From IMG/VR virus record IMGVR_UViG_3300023109_003600, positions 1 through 64,000 of that record: 64,000 bases of DNA, one strand, 5' to 3'. Of the stretch, positions 1-9,154 are shown one piece after another. The notes under the pieces are model-generated. The model saw only the letters and a list, made by a program, of their open reading frames with translations, was not told the origin of the DNA and did not search any database. Source of the stretch: a virus. Position 1 is the first letter of the stretch; each line of letters opens with the position of its first letter. The position numbers and the translations under genes are program-made.

Positions 1-345
1 CACTCACCTGGGGGACCTGGAGGGCCTGGAGGACACTCACCTGGAGGGCCTGGAGGACCTGGAGGAGATTCACCTGGAGGACCTGGAGGACCTGGAGGAC
101 CTTCGGGACATGGAGGACACTCACCTGGAGGACCTGGAGGGCCTGGAGGAGATTCGCCTGGAGGACCTGGAGGACCTGGAGGACCTTCGGGACATGGAGG
201 ACACTCACCTGGAGGACCTGAAGGGCCTGGAGGGCCTTCTGAACCTGGAGGACCATCTGAACCTGGAGGGCCTTCAGGCCCTGGAGGTCCTTCGGGACCT
301 GGAGGGCCTTCGGGACCTGGAGGGCCTGGGGGTCCTGGAGGGCAT
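1..345 (-). repeat. Collagen-like coding repeats (GPP/GPE/GSE) interrupted by ECPPCPE and GESPP units
   Basis: Plus strand shows recurring 9-nt units such as ggaggacct/ggagggcct; minus strand translates to [18 protein letters not shown]...[26 protein letters not shown]. Confidence 0.92.
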
Positions 346-2846
346 TCCTCACATGGAGGAGCTACTCCTTCATCGCAACAAGCAGACCTTCCAATGACTA
401 AAGCATTTCTTCCATTCTTGCCCCAATCTTCTACTTCTGCATTTTCATGTTCGTTAGCATAACTTCCGTAAACTTTACAAAGATCGCTTTCTACTAAAAC
501 TGGATCTGCAACCAAAAAATAAGCAGAATATTCTCTTACTTCGTCATTACAACCTTCGCATATTTCACTTTCGCATTCTTCACAATCTTCTTTTCCTCTT
601 GTGCAAGGAGGACTGTCATAACCTTCTTCAATTTTTCCTTTGCTATCTGTGCGAGTAGCATCAAAATAAACCCTTTGAAATCTAACTGGCAAACCTAATC
701 TCGGTGATCCTGGCCATGGGGTTGGTGGATCTCCGCCTCCTGGACCTTCATTATCGCCTTTTTGCCAATAAAGATCTAACGTGCTGAAGTTTAGCAAGTT
801 TTTAGGGGGTACTGCTTCTGGCTTGCATTGATCTTCCCAGTTGTATTCATACCCTGAACTAACAGGACTAGATCTTCCTGGCCCTCCAGAAGGAGAACCT
901 CCTCCTCCTGAAGACGGATTACCTGGGCTTCCTGGAGCAGCAAAAGGTGCTGGATCTTGACCTGAAGGAGCTGGAGTATTTACTCCTCCAGTACTAGTGG
1001 GAAATTGTGGGTCGCCAGAAGTATTAGTATTTGTTTGACCTTCTATTAAATCAATTAGCCAAGTTTTTCCTGTTGTTGTAGTCCCTCCTGAATCTACACC
1101 TGTATAAGCTCCTTGATCACTATCCTCTGTGTCTGCAAGTACGTTAGATGCGAAATTCATTCCTCGACTATCGTTTGTGTATTGCTTTCCGTTGCTTGCA
1201 AAATCAGATAAGAATGAATTTGTATTTTTGAAGTTTTTTAAACCGAATGCTGTACTACTACTTACTTGCCCAGAAACATTAGAAGAAGTTGTTCCATTAA
1301 AAAATTTAGCAATGTATTGGTCTAGCCCAGAGTTTTTGTCCCCTCTTTGATTATCAAACTGATTTTTCATCCAAAGGGTTAAGTGTTTAATACCCAAAGA
1401 TGAAACTTGCTGCTTTATTAAATAATCTAAATATCTTACTGCAATTATTCCTCCAGAGTACTCTATCGTAAAATCCCATTGTCCATCACCTACTTGTCCT
1501 GGTGAAAGCGGATTCTGTCCAGCCCACCTGCCTTGACCTTTTGGACCCACCGAATCAACAAGGGTTTGCACTGGATCTGGATAATTGGCATTTTGAAGCA
1601 TTGAGTAATTGCTTTTTAACCTACTATCTCCTCCACCTAAAAATTCTGCAAGCCCTTCATTAAACCAATTTGCATAAGTCCAATATTGATAACCATTAGG
1701 ATGAATTAATAAATCTCTTCCTAGTACATTTGCGAAGTAAGAATTTTGAGCCTGAAAAAGGTGGACTAGTTCATGTAATATTGTGTGATAAAAATCATGT
1801 TTTTTTCCTGAATTTATTTGTCTTAATGCAGAGGGCATATCTACAGCCATTTCCACTACCTGTCTACTTCCGTCCGCTCTAGACTCTGATAGTACGTATG
1901 CTAGCACTGATTGCATTTTAGGGTCATAAGCACCCATGCCGTTTGCGACAACTATAACGTCGTAAGGGTCTGTAGGGTCAGCTGTAAATCCAAAAGCATT
2001 AAACACAGCTTTTTCTGCCCCTGGAATTATGAGGTTTTGGAGTGAATCGTACATATCCGATTTTTCTTGACTCCAAGGGTTTTCTCCAGCCACATTGGTT
2101 AAGTCTGGGATTGGGCTGTTATATTTTACATTGCCGCCTTCTTTTCCGTTGATTCCAGTTATGCTATTGTTTAAATTAATTTTACAATCTATATAACCGA
2201 GCCTCGGTGCGCAACAACTATCCTCTAAAGATATATGTATATTACTATTTCTTATTCCGTCTGAGTCGAACGCTTCGTCCGTTAAGTAATCTGATAGAAA
2301 ACCTGTATACTTAAAATGCTTATGATCTTCATATGGGACCTCTACTGTTTCGCCTGTGTCAGTATCTACATTGGTTATAGGAAGTTTATTACCAGGAACT
2401 GTTGGTACATTGGGAGGTAATACAATGACGGGCCCGTTTGTAGAATCGCTTCCGCAAGGCTTTCCACCGCAGCATACTCCATCAATATTTGCCTGAGGTC
2501 CACATGTTCCATCTGAGCATTGCCAGTCATATCCATATCCAACTTCACAGTAGCCGTCCTTTGTCATTGCGCTGCCATTTGCTGCGCAAAAATATTGGCC
2601 TCCACAACATATTATTTTAGGTGGTGGTGGCGAACATTCACAATGACTCCATGGTCCGCCTGGCGGGCAGATCGCTTGAACCTTTACTTGAAATAAGGTT
2701 AAAGCCCTATTGTCATCCGCACCATTAATTTGATAACCATCTTCAACTAAAGATTGATCTACTTCAGTAAACTGAACATAAGGACGAAGAACATTAAGTT
2801 CTGTTTCGCCTTCGTCGAAGAATTGGAATGATGGGTTTTGTGCCAT
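1..2846 (-). CDS. Large multidomain protein (3' end outside window, >948 aa): Cys-rich N-terminus, flagellinolysin-like gluzincin metallopeptidase, Pro/Gly linker, Cys-rich segment, collagen-like Gly-X-Y repeats; probable virion fibre/spike
   Basis: Manual translation from ATG at 2846 ([14 protein letters not shown]...) stays open to position 1; HELVH at 1775-1761 followed by [17 protein letters not shown]; GPP repeats at 1-345. Absent from the ORF track because no stop lies in the window. Confidence 0.88.
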   Translation of the reverse strand, partial: MAQNPSFQFFDEGETELNVLRPYVQFTEVDQSLVEDGYQINGADDNRALTLFQVKVQAICPPGGPWSHCECSPPPPKIICCGGQYFCAANGSAMTKDGYCEVGYGYDWQCSDGTCGPQANIDGVCCGGKPCGSDSTNGPVIVLPPNVPTVPGNKLPITNVDTDTGETVEVPYEDHKHFKYTGFLSDYLTDEAFDSDGIRNSNIHISLEDSCCAPRLGYIDCKINLNNSITGINGKEGGNVKYNSPIPDLTNVAGENPWSQEKSDMYDSLQNLIIPGAEKAVFNAFGFTADPTDPYDVIVVANGMGAYDPKMQSVLAYVLSESRADGSRQVVEMAVDMPSALRQINSGKKHDFYHTILHELVHLFQAQNSYFANVLGRDLLIHPNGYQYWTYANWFNEGLAEFLGGGDSRLKSNYSMLQNANYPDPVQTLVDSVGPKGQGRWAGQNPLSPGQVGDGQWDFTIEYSGGIIAVRYLDYLIKQQVSSLGIKHLTLWMKNQFDNQRGDKNSGLDQYIAKFFNGTTSSNVSGQVSSSTAFGLKNFKNTNSFLSDFASNGKQYTNDSRGMNFASNVLADTEDSDQGAYTGVDSGGTTTTGKTWLIDLIEGQTNTNTSGDPQFPTSTGGVNTPAPSGQDPAPFAAPGSPGNPSSGGGGSPSGGPGRSSPVSSGYEYNWEDQCKPEAVPPKNLLNFSTLDLYWQKGDNEGPGGGDPPTPWPGSPRLGLPVRFQRVYFDATRTDSKGKIEEGYDSPPCTRGKEDCEECESEICEGCNDEVREYSAYFLVADPVLVESDLCKVYGSYANEHENAEVEDWGKNGRNALVIGRSACCDEGVAPPCEECPPGPPGPPGPEGPPGPEGPPGPEGPPGSDGPPGSEGPPGPSGPPGECPPCPEGPPGPPGPPGESPPGPPGPPGECPPCPEGPPGPPGPPGESPPGPPGPPGECPPGPPGPPGE

Positions 2847-2878
2847 TTAAGAGATAAAGAAGAGTGCAAACTATTATA

Positions 2879-2883
2879 TACAC
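2879..2883 (-). promoter_or_regulatory. GTGTA motif (candidate phage promoter) upstream of the collagen/peptidase gene
   Basis: AAAAGTGTATATAATAG on minus strand, 32 nt before the ATG at 2846; same motif recurs before many genes. Confidence 0.5.
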
Positions 2884-2922
2884 TTTTCTCGATCCCTAAA
2901 GTCTTATTTTACATAATATAAA

Positions 2923-3741
2923 CTATTTAATTAAACCAAGTAATATTCTTGCTTCTTTAGCTGGAATATCTTCGAATGAAGACCAGTTTTTAATTTCTTC
3001 ATTTCTGTATTTATCTTCTGCCCATAAAGTTCTTAGATAGTCTTTAAAATCGTTGAAATTTGATATGCCTTTATCTCTTTCTAGGTGAGATAATAGCAGG
3101 GAATTTGGGGATAAAGTATTTGATGTTTGGGTACTTGGCGCAAATTGAGTTGAGTTTTTATCTGATTTATCTATCTCATCGTCCCCTACAATGTGAACAT
3201 TAAGGAAATTTCGAACACATCTAACGAAAGCTCTATTACAAGCAATGGTTTCTAGGAATTTAGTTGCAAAACTGCTTGTATTATTTAGTGTTGCGTTTGC
3301 CATATCTTCAAAATATATCTCTTGATTTCCTGTTTCGTAATTAGGTATAAAAGAAATTCCACAAGAAACCGCTACGTGATCTTGTTGACATTTTACAGTT
3401 TGATAGCTAATATTTGTGAATCCCCTTAGTTTTGCTAATTCTTTTATGCCTGAAAGCTTAATCAGGAGTTGATTGTCTCTCAAACCTTTGATCGACTTAG
3501 GCATAGGTTTTTTATACATATCAAAATGAGATTTATTTGGGAAGAGGTGTTCTTCTTTGATCATTGCTCTCCAGTTTATTGAGCCGTCTTCATTGAATTC
3601 GTACTGGACGTTTTTAAGTAAGCCATGCTCATCTCTTTGGTAGGCGGCTGGCCCTTGAGAATTATCTATTCCTACAGGTCCTAGTGGGCCTGATTCTCCT
3701 ACTGGACCTTTAATACCTTCTTTTTCTTTTTTGTTAGTCAT
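2923..3741 (-). CDS. Putative ssDNA-annealing protein (Rad52/Erf/Sak-like) with short N-terminal Gly-X-Y stretch
   Basis: 272 aa; ETIACNRAFVRCVRNFLNVHIVGDDEID resembles the A-x-x-RA-x-x-R...EE core of phage SSAPs; low-complexity linker and small C-terminal domain. Confidence 0.45.
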   Translation of the reverse strand: MTNKKEKEGIKGPVGESGPLGPVGIDNSQGPAAYQRDEHGLLKNVQYEFNEDGSINWRAMIKEEHLFPNKSHFDMYKKPMPKSIKGLRDNQLLIKLSGIKELAKLRGFTNISYQTVKCQQDHVAVSCGISFIPNYETGNQEIYFEDMANATLNNTSSFATKFLETIACNRAFVRCVRNFLNVHIVGDDEIDKSDKNSTQFAPSTQTSNTLSPNSLLLSHLERDKGISNFNDFKDYLRTLWAEDKYRNEEIKNWSSFEDIPAKEARILLGLIK

Positions 3742-4846
3742 TTAATTTGAAAAGTTTAAATTCTTCTAATTCGTTTGCAAATTCTTGAGTTGGTTTAATT
3801 TTTTCAAAAGATTTAGACATTGGGATATTTTCTAGCCAATTTGATTCGCTACTGTATTGTTTACCTTTTGACATAATTACTTTAGAAGATTTATAATAAA
3901 CTTCATTATTACATATAGATTTAAGAATGTCAAGGTTTTTCTTTCTATCTTCAAACTCTATAATATAGTCTATATGTTTTAACCTGATTTTCTTGAGGTT
4001 TTTTGTGTCATTTGTTATGAGTTTTACTGGTTTATTAATTGAGGATAATTCTATTAATTGTTCTTTGCTTGTTTCGTTAGATACTTCAAATATAATTGAG
4101 TGTAAATTTTTTGAGATTGTTGGGTTTAGTAGGTATTTAATATCTGGGAGTTTTTTACATTTTAAGATGCAGCTGTTGTTTGCAATTAAGTTCATTATGT
4201 TATTTATACTAAAGTGAATATCAGCTCTGATTGTTAAGAATTGTTTTGCTATTGGATGTTCTCCAAGTTTAAAATCTGGAATACATTCTATTCTTTTGTT
4301 TTCATAATTTAATCCCTTCCTGATAGGTTCTATTCGAGATAATTCAGATTTAATATTAAACTGTTTTATTATTTTTCTGCAAATTAACTCTGGGAAACAA
4401 TATATTCCTTTATTAATAGTGTTCGTTGTTTTATTATGTTTAGTTACGTGCAAGTCGTATAAATCCTCTTGATATAGAAATATGTTTTTAGTGTTTAATT
4501 GGTTTGCTATATGGCAAGCATATGGATTGTTTGTTATTAATAATTCTGAGTACCGTATTAAATTATTAAGTTGCTGTAAGGGTATTTTATTAAGCTGCTT
4601 TGCTTGGAATATTGGCACATCAGTCGGATTAATTTTAAATTGTATAAGTTCAACGTCTATTTGAGATAGATAAGGAAAGATGATAGCAGATAGTTCATCA
4701 GCGCTGTCGTAGGATTTTAACCCTTCTCTTATGTTATTTTCTATGAGTATGTATTTTTTTGCAGGGGGCGGAAAAAACCTTTCGTAAACAAAAGGAGGTT
4801 CGGGTTTTAAACCTGTTGATAGGGATAGTTTTTCTAAAATATTCAT
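3734..4846 (-). CDS. Hypothetical protein, possibly degenerate GT9-like (GT-B) glycosyltransferase
   Basis: 370 aa; LIRYSELLITNNPYACHIANQLNTKNIFLY resembles the GT9 C-terminal lobe; coupled to a GT4 gene. Confidence 0.4.
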   Translation of the reverse strand: MNILEKLSLSTGLKPEPPFVYERFFPPPAKKYILIENNIREGLKSYDSADELSAIIFPYLSQIDVELIQFKINPTDVPIFQAKQLNKIPLQQLNNLIRYSELLITNNPYACHIANQLNTKNIFLYQEDLYDLHVTKHNKTTNTINKGIYCFPELICRKIIKQFNIKSELSRIEPIRKGLNYENKRIECIPDFKLGEHPIAKQFLTIRADIHFSINNIMNLIANNSCILKCKKLPDIKYLLNPTISKNLHSIIFEVSNETSKEQLIELSSINKPVKLITNDTKNLKKIRLKHIDYIIEFEDRKKNLDILKSICNNEVYYKSSKVIMSKGKQYSSESNWLENIPMSKSFEKIKPTQEFANELEEFKLFKLND

Positions 4847-6747
4847 TAGAAGTTATTAACTTGAGATAGAATTAACTTTTCTGATTTTTCTGAAACTATA
4901 TTATCTATATTAAAGAAACACTCGAAATTATTTATTAAATCTTTACTAAGTACATTCCTATCTGGGTCTATGATGCATTCTATGTCGGTATTATTTTTTA
5001 AAATATCTTCGTAGGTTTCTGGGCAGAAGAAAATGATTTTTGAGTTTATGTATTTATTTTCTTTTTTGATTGAACTTATTAGACTTGAACCAAGCAATAC
5101 ATTGTATTCATTCTTTATAGCCTGGATTCCTATTACCTTGTTAGACTTAATTAGTTCTTTTATTTTAATTTTATTTTCTGAATTTTTGATTTCCATTGAG
5201 CATATGTCTTTAAATTTTTTAATTAATTGCTCTCTTGGAACCCCTTCTATTAGTTTCTCAAGCCAAAATTGCGCATCTTTATCGTGTTGGGTTTGGTAGA
5301 CCCCTAGCATGTTTTTATATATATCAATTACCCAATCTAGGTCATTTAATCCTTCTTTGGGTTTGTAGTTAATATTTAATTTTCTATCTGGGAAGTTGAA
5401 GTTATATTCTTTTTTAGGCATTTTGCTAATGATTTCTTCTAATTTTTTTCCTATAATTTGAGGAGAATAGTTTTTTATGATGAAATCTCTAGATTTTTTA
5501 CCTAAATTGTCTTTAGTTTTTTTATCCATCTTTAGTACTTTTGTTAAATGCCTACAAATTGAATCTGGGGATGTGCTAGCTTTTATGAATTGAGTCGTCT
5601 GCTCCCTGAATTCAGACCAGTCCAGAGCGAACCCTCCTGAGTCTGGCTTGCACATATCTGTTCCACAGCTATAGTTTGTTGATAAGGTAATTAATTCCGT
5701 GAGTTTTGCTTCCTGTATGGGTATTTCTTGCCCTCCAGATGTAAATGGGTGGCAGTATACATCCATTAAGTTATAAATTTCATTTAATTGTTTTTCTGTT
5801 GGACCGTCTTTTACAGTTATAGTACTTAAAGTTTTTTTTGATTGGCAAAATGGACAATCTTCGTTTTTTGTAGTGAACGGTTTTATAGAATATTGCTTAC
5901 AGCTTTTACAGAAGTAGGTTGTTAATACATCGTTTTGATTTATTCCGTTTTCCATCATTAAGGATGTTATGTCCCACCCTTCGTGCCAGCCAGTGTGAAG
6001 TAGTAGTTTTGGCGGTTGCTTGAATTTGTTTTTGTCTTTAAATAGTTTAAACCCTTTAAGTAGATTGGGTACGCTTTTCCTTAGTTGATTCCTGAACACA
6101 AAACCTATTATGAATTCATCTGAGAGTTGGTGGTTCGACCTTAATGATTGTTTTTTATCGTTCGATAATTTAAAGAAGTTTTTAGTCTCTACTGCGCCAT
6201 GGAGGTGTTTTGCGTGGTTAACCCCTTTATTGATTAATTCATCGCTAGCAAATGAGGCCCAAGTATAGTAATGCTCTATTTGTTTTCCGAGGTTTATAGC
6301 TTCTGGAAAAATGGGTAAACTGTCTAAGGTCGTCCATATCATGCAATTTATTTTATTCCACCAAGGTTTATTTGTTAACTCCATTAGCGCCCAGATATCT
6401 TCAGCTCCGATATATATATCTGGCTTCTCTCGTTTAATTGCTTCATCTATATTGAGTAGCCCATAAGACATTTTTTTACTAAGGTCTGGATCACTATTGT
6501 TTCTTGCAATCTCCTTGGGGTCAGAAGGACCAGAACCTATACATCTCCATGGAAGGCTCTTTAATGTTGGGTCATTTTTCTTATAGGAGTTTGCATACTC
6601 CACGATCTCATACCTTCCCGTTTCACATAAATATTTTAATATGTTTTTGCAGTTTTTTCCAAAGCCTGATAACTGTCTTGAGTGGCAACTGTGAAAGAAG
6701 ATTTTCTTCTTAGAAAGGGGCTGATTCTGCATCTGCGCTTGACTCAT
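4846..6747 (-). CDS. GT4-family (GT-B) glycosyltransferase with inserted Zn ribbon
   Basis: SGFG N-terminal motif, VFRNQLRK, YNLMDVYCHPFTSGGQEIPIQEA (E-x7-E-like); CKSC...CPFC insertion. Confidence 0.8.
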   Translation of the reverse strand: MSQAQMQNQPLSKKKIFFHSCHSRQLSGFGKNCKNILKYLCETGRYEIVEYANSYKKNDPTLKSLPWRCIGSGPSDPKEIARNNSDPDLSKKMSYGLLNIDEAIKREKPDIYIGAEDIWALMELTNKPWWNKINCMIWTTLDSLPIFPEAINLGKQIEHYYTWASFASDELINKGVNHAKHLHGAVETKNFFKLSNDKKQSLRSNHQLSDEFIIGFVFRNQLRKSVPNLLKGFKLFKDKNKFKQPPKLLLHTGWHEGWDITSLMMENGINQNDVLTTYFCKSCKQYSIKPFTTKNEDCPFCQSKKTLSTITVKDGPTEKQLNEIYNLMDVYCHPFTSGGQEIPIQEAKLTELITLSTNYSCGTDMCKPDSGGFALDWSEFREQTTQFIKASTSPDSICRHLTKVLKMDKKTKDNLGKKSRDFIIKNYSPQIIGKKLEEIISKMPKKEYNFNFPDRKLNINYKPKEGLNDLDWVIDIYKNMLGVYQTQHDKDAQFWLEKLIEGVPREQLIKKFKDICSMEIKNSENKIKIKELIKSNKVIGIQAIKNEYNVLLGSSLISSIKKENKYINSKIIFFCPETYEDILKNNTDIECIIDPDRNVLSKDLINNFECFFNIDNIVSEKSEKLILSQVNNF

Positions 6748-7294
6748 TTTTGCTGTAGTCTTGATTTTTCATTTTTTGCATTTCGACCGCGTTTCTTTCT
6801 GAAAATATTTTCTGTAAGATAAATCTCATGAACTCTAATAAACATTGTGATTCGCCTGGTTCTAGACCAATACCAAACAGTTGATTACCGTTTCTAGTAA
6901 AACTTATGGAGAATGCATCAACTGTAATCCATTTTTCCTCCCACTGCCCTGAGTCTGAATTTTTGAAAGATTTTTTTGCTTTCTTATCCCAAGGACTTAA
7001 TTTTATTACAGTTTTATCTTCTCCGAAACTATGAAACGTAGAGTATTCTTTCCTGTTTTTTATGGCATGAATAATTTCGCCACACTCAAACTCGTTAAAT
7101 TTTATAATTATATTCTTTTCTGGATTCTTTGAGTTTTGCGCGAAGTAGCCTTGTTTCTTTCCGCTGTCCCACGAATGCTGCTTAATCGCTTTAGCGTATA
7201 AAGTTGTCTGATTGTTCTTTTTATCTAACCCAGCCTGAAAGCTGAATCCGCAACCCGTATTTTTTGAGTTTGGTTTGTATAGTGATAGGCTCAT
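6710..7294 (-). CDS. Hypothetical protein, possible Whirly/PC4-like ssDNA-binding protein
   Basis: 194 aa; two beta-beta-beta-alpha-like repeats (IKFNEFECGEII; IGLEPGESQCLL) and acidic C-terminal tail ending APF. Confidence 0.4.
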   Translation of the reverse strand: MSLSLYKPNSKNTGCGFSFQAGLDKKNNQTTLYAKAIKQHSWDSGKKQGYFAQNSKNPEKNIIIKFNEFECGEIIHAIKNRKEYSTFHSFGEDKTVIKLSPWDKKAKKSFKNSDSGQWEEKWITVDAFSISFTRNGNQLFGIGLEPGESQCLLEFMRFILQKIFSERNAVEMQKMKNQDYSKNESSADAESAPF

Positions 7295-7333
7295 ACAGAT
7301 AATATTATTATGAATATATAAATCTAGTTTTTT

Positions 7334-7338
7334 GTGTA
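7334..7338 (+). promoter_or_regulatory. GTGTA motif (candidate phage promoter, near-leaderless)
   Basis: GTGTA-taatatagggt-ATG(7350). Confidence 0.55.
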
Positions 7339-7349
7339 TAATATAGGGT

Positions 7350-8387
7350 ATGAATTTAATTCAAATAAAACAAATTGACGGATTAACTACAACCTTGAAT
7401 TCTTTAGCAAAGGGGTTGTTTGATTTAGAGGAAGAAGTTTCTGGTCAGTTTGAGTGGACTAATAGAATTTATGACTACGTGGAATTAATTCCTGGTAATG
7501 GAACTGGGATTTTTGGTCATTATGCTAATTTTTATGGACCAGTTGATGGTGCTTCAGTTCAGTTTGATAACGAGTTAGATTTTGTTAATAATACGGGAGA
7601 TTTTAACAACGTTAAACTAGGTATAGAGCAAGGTAATTTTTTAGTACAGGGCAATATTTATTCAAATGAAATTCATGCAAATAAAATTTTCGCAGATATT
7701 ACTGGTAATAATGTAGAAACGAATGATATGACTTCCTATTCTTACACTTATAAGGATAGGACTACGGGTAGAACTATGGATGTGATGGAAGAGATATCTC
7801 CTGGCGTTGAGTATTATCCCGCTAGCACTAACTTTCCTGTATATATTGGTGATCAAGAATATTTATCGGTTTTTGATAACGAGGGTGCAGGGGGATACGA
7901 GTTTGATATTATCCTACCAAGTAATCCTAAAGCTGGCCAGAAAGTAATGATTAAAACAATGGGTACTGGAATTGGTCAATTTCCTAAAGGTTTAAATTCA
8001 TATCATGTTTCTCCCAGTTACGAGTTTGAAACTATTGATGGCAATAGAAATTGGTCTATAACAGGAAACTATGGTTATGTTGAGTTATTATACAATGGAG
8101 TGCTTGGTAAAGAATGGAGTTTATTGCGGGCTAGCCCAGGAATGTATGATTATAAGCATGGGGTTGAGCCAGATAAGCAATTATTAAATACTCCTTTTGA
8201 AATGTTATCCCCAAGAATAGATCACACTCTAGCACAATTTGAAATACTTAGCCAAGAATTTGCCACTCTTAGTGGGATCGTTAATCAAAACAGCTTACTT
8301 TCTGAGCAGAATAGAATCCTGAGCGAGCAGAATCAATATTTATCAGAGATTAATTCGGGACTTATATACGAAATACAAAACCCTTAA
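7350..8387 (+). CDS. Hypothetical protein, likely virion structural (acidic, beta-rich, C-terminal coiled coil)
   Basis: 345 aa; G/N/Y/T-rich composition, LSEQN repeats at C-terminus; only plus-strand gene in the left block; GTGTA upstream. Confidence 0.55.
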   Translation: MNLIQIKQIDGLTTTLNSLAKGLFDLEEEVSGQFEWTNRIYDYVELIPGNGTGIFGHYANFYGPVDGASVQFDNELDFVNNTGDFNNVKLGIEQGNFLVQGNIYSNEIHANKIFADITGNNVETNDMTSYSYTYKDRTTGRTMDVMEEISPGVEYYPASTNFPVYIGDQEYLSVFDNEGAGGYEFDIILPSNPKAGQKVMIKTMGTGIGQFPKGLNSYHVSPSYEFETIDGNRNWSITGNYGYVELLYNGVLGKEWSLLRASPGMYDYKHGVEPDKQLLNTPFEMLSPRIDHTLAQFEILSQEFATLSGIVNQNSLLSEQNRILSEQNQYLSEINSGLIYEIQNP

Positions 8388-8388
8388 C

Positions 8389-8760
8389 TTAGGGTTTAGT
8401 TTTTTCGCAGGATCCAGAGGTGATTAATGTAGAGCATTCGTCTGGATTAGAATTATCATTATAGGACTTACAGCATCCTCTAGAGAGCATTACATTCATT
8501 GTTTCTAGAGAATGGTCTAGTCTAAAATTAGTGTTCAGCATTAATTTTATTAAGAGTTTTTTCGTGCATTTTACTGAGAGAGCGTCCCATGTCTCAATAG
8601 CTTTCCTGATCGCAATAAGTTCGTATTTATCTAACTCCTCTTCTTCTAGATGAGATCCGTCGAGTAAGCTAATTATCTTATCATTGTCTTCTTCGTTATC
8701 CTCCATGAGATCCACTAAAGTTTTAGTATCTCCTGGAGCGTTTGAAATTTTATTAGCCAT
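8389..8760 (-). CDS. Hypothetical protein
   Basis: 123 aa ORF coupled to upstream gene (TAATG overlap); Cys-rich C-terminus. Confidence 0.6.
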   Translation of the reverse strand: MANKISNAPGDTKTLVDLMEDNEEDNDKIISLLDGSHLEEEELDKYELIAIRKAIETWDALSVKCTKKLLIKLMLNTNFRLDHSLETMNVMLSRGCCKSYNDNSNPDECSTLITSGSCEKTKP

Positions 8761-9152
8761 TAATCAAGTTTAATTTTTACATGTTTATTTTCAAAAACTT
8801 TTTTACCTGCATTCTTTGTTGGGTCCTGCATTCCTCCTCTAGTCTTACTGTAATCAGAATGCATTTTTTCTTTTACAGGGTCTATCCCTCCATTTTGTCT
8901 AGCTCTCATTTCTGACATTTCTGCGCTTTTGTCCATCATATCTCCAACGCTACCTTTCATATTTTTTGTTTGATTAACAAAGTCTGCATTATTCCAAGGA
9001 TCGCAAATTTTATTAGAAGAAATTTGGGATGTGCAAAAGACCCTTTTCCATTCTGTATTTCTTTCGTCTACGTAAACGTGATCTTCATTCATGGTTTGCA
9101 CAACTTCTATCACTTCTTCTGTTTCGGGATGCATATACATGTAAATTGGCAT
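8760..9152 (-). CDS. FmdB-like small protein lacking Zn-ribbon cysteines (copy 2)
   Basis: MPIYMYMHPETEEVIEVVQTM...WKRVF follows the MPxYxY...E...M...RVFS pattern of FmdB-type proteins without CxxC. Confidence 0.6.
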   Translation of the reverse strand: MPIYMYMHPETEEVIEVVQTMNEDHVYVDERNTEWKRVFCTSQISSNKICDPWNNADFVNQTKNMKGSVGDMMDKSAEMSEMRARQNGGIDPVKEKMHSDYSKTRGGMQDPTKNAGKKVFENKHVKIKLD

Positions 9153-9154
9153 AT

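Noticed and set aside
1-345. Possible CRISPR array or VNTR element
   Set aside because: 9-nt coding units without unique spacers; explained by collagen. No CRISPR array was seen anywhere in the window by eye
110-397. 95-aa LED-repeat ORF on plus strand
   Set aside because: Antisense shadow of the Gly-Pro-Pro collagen codons on the minus strand
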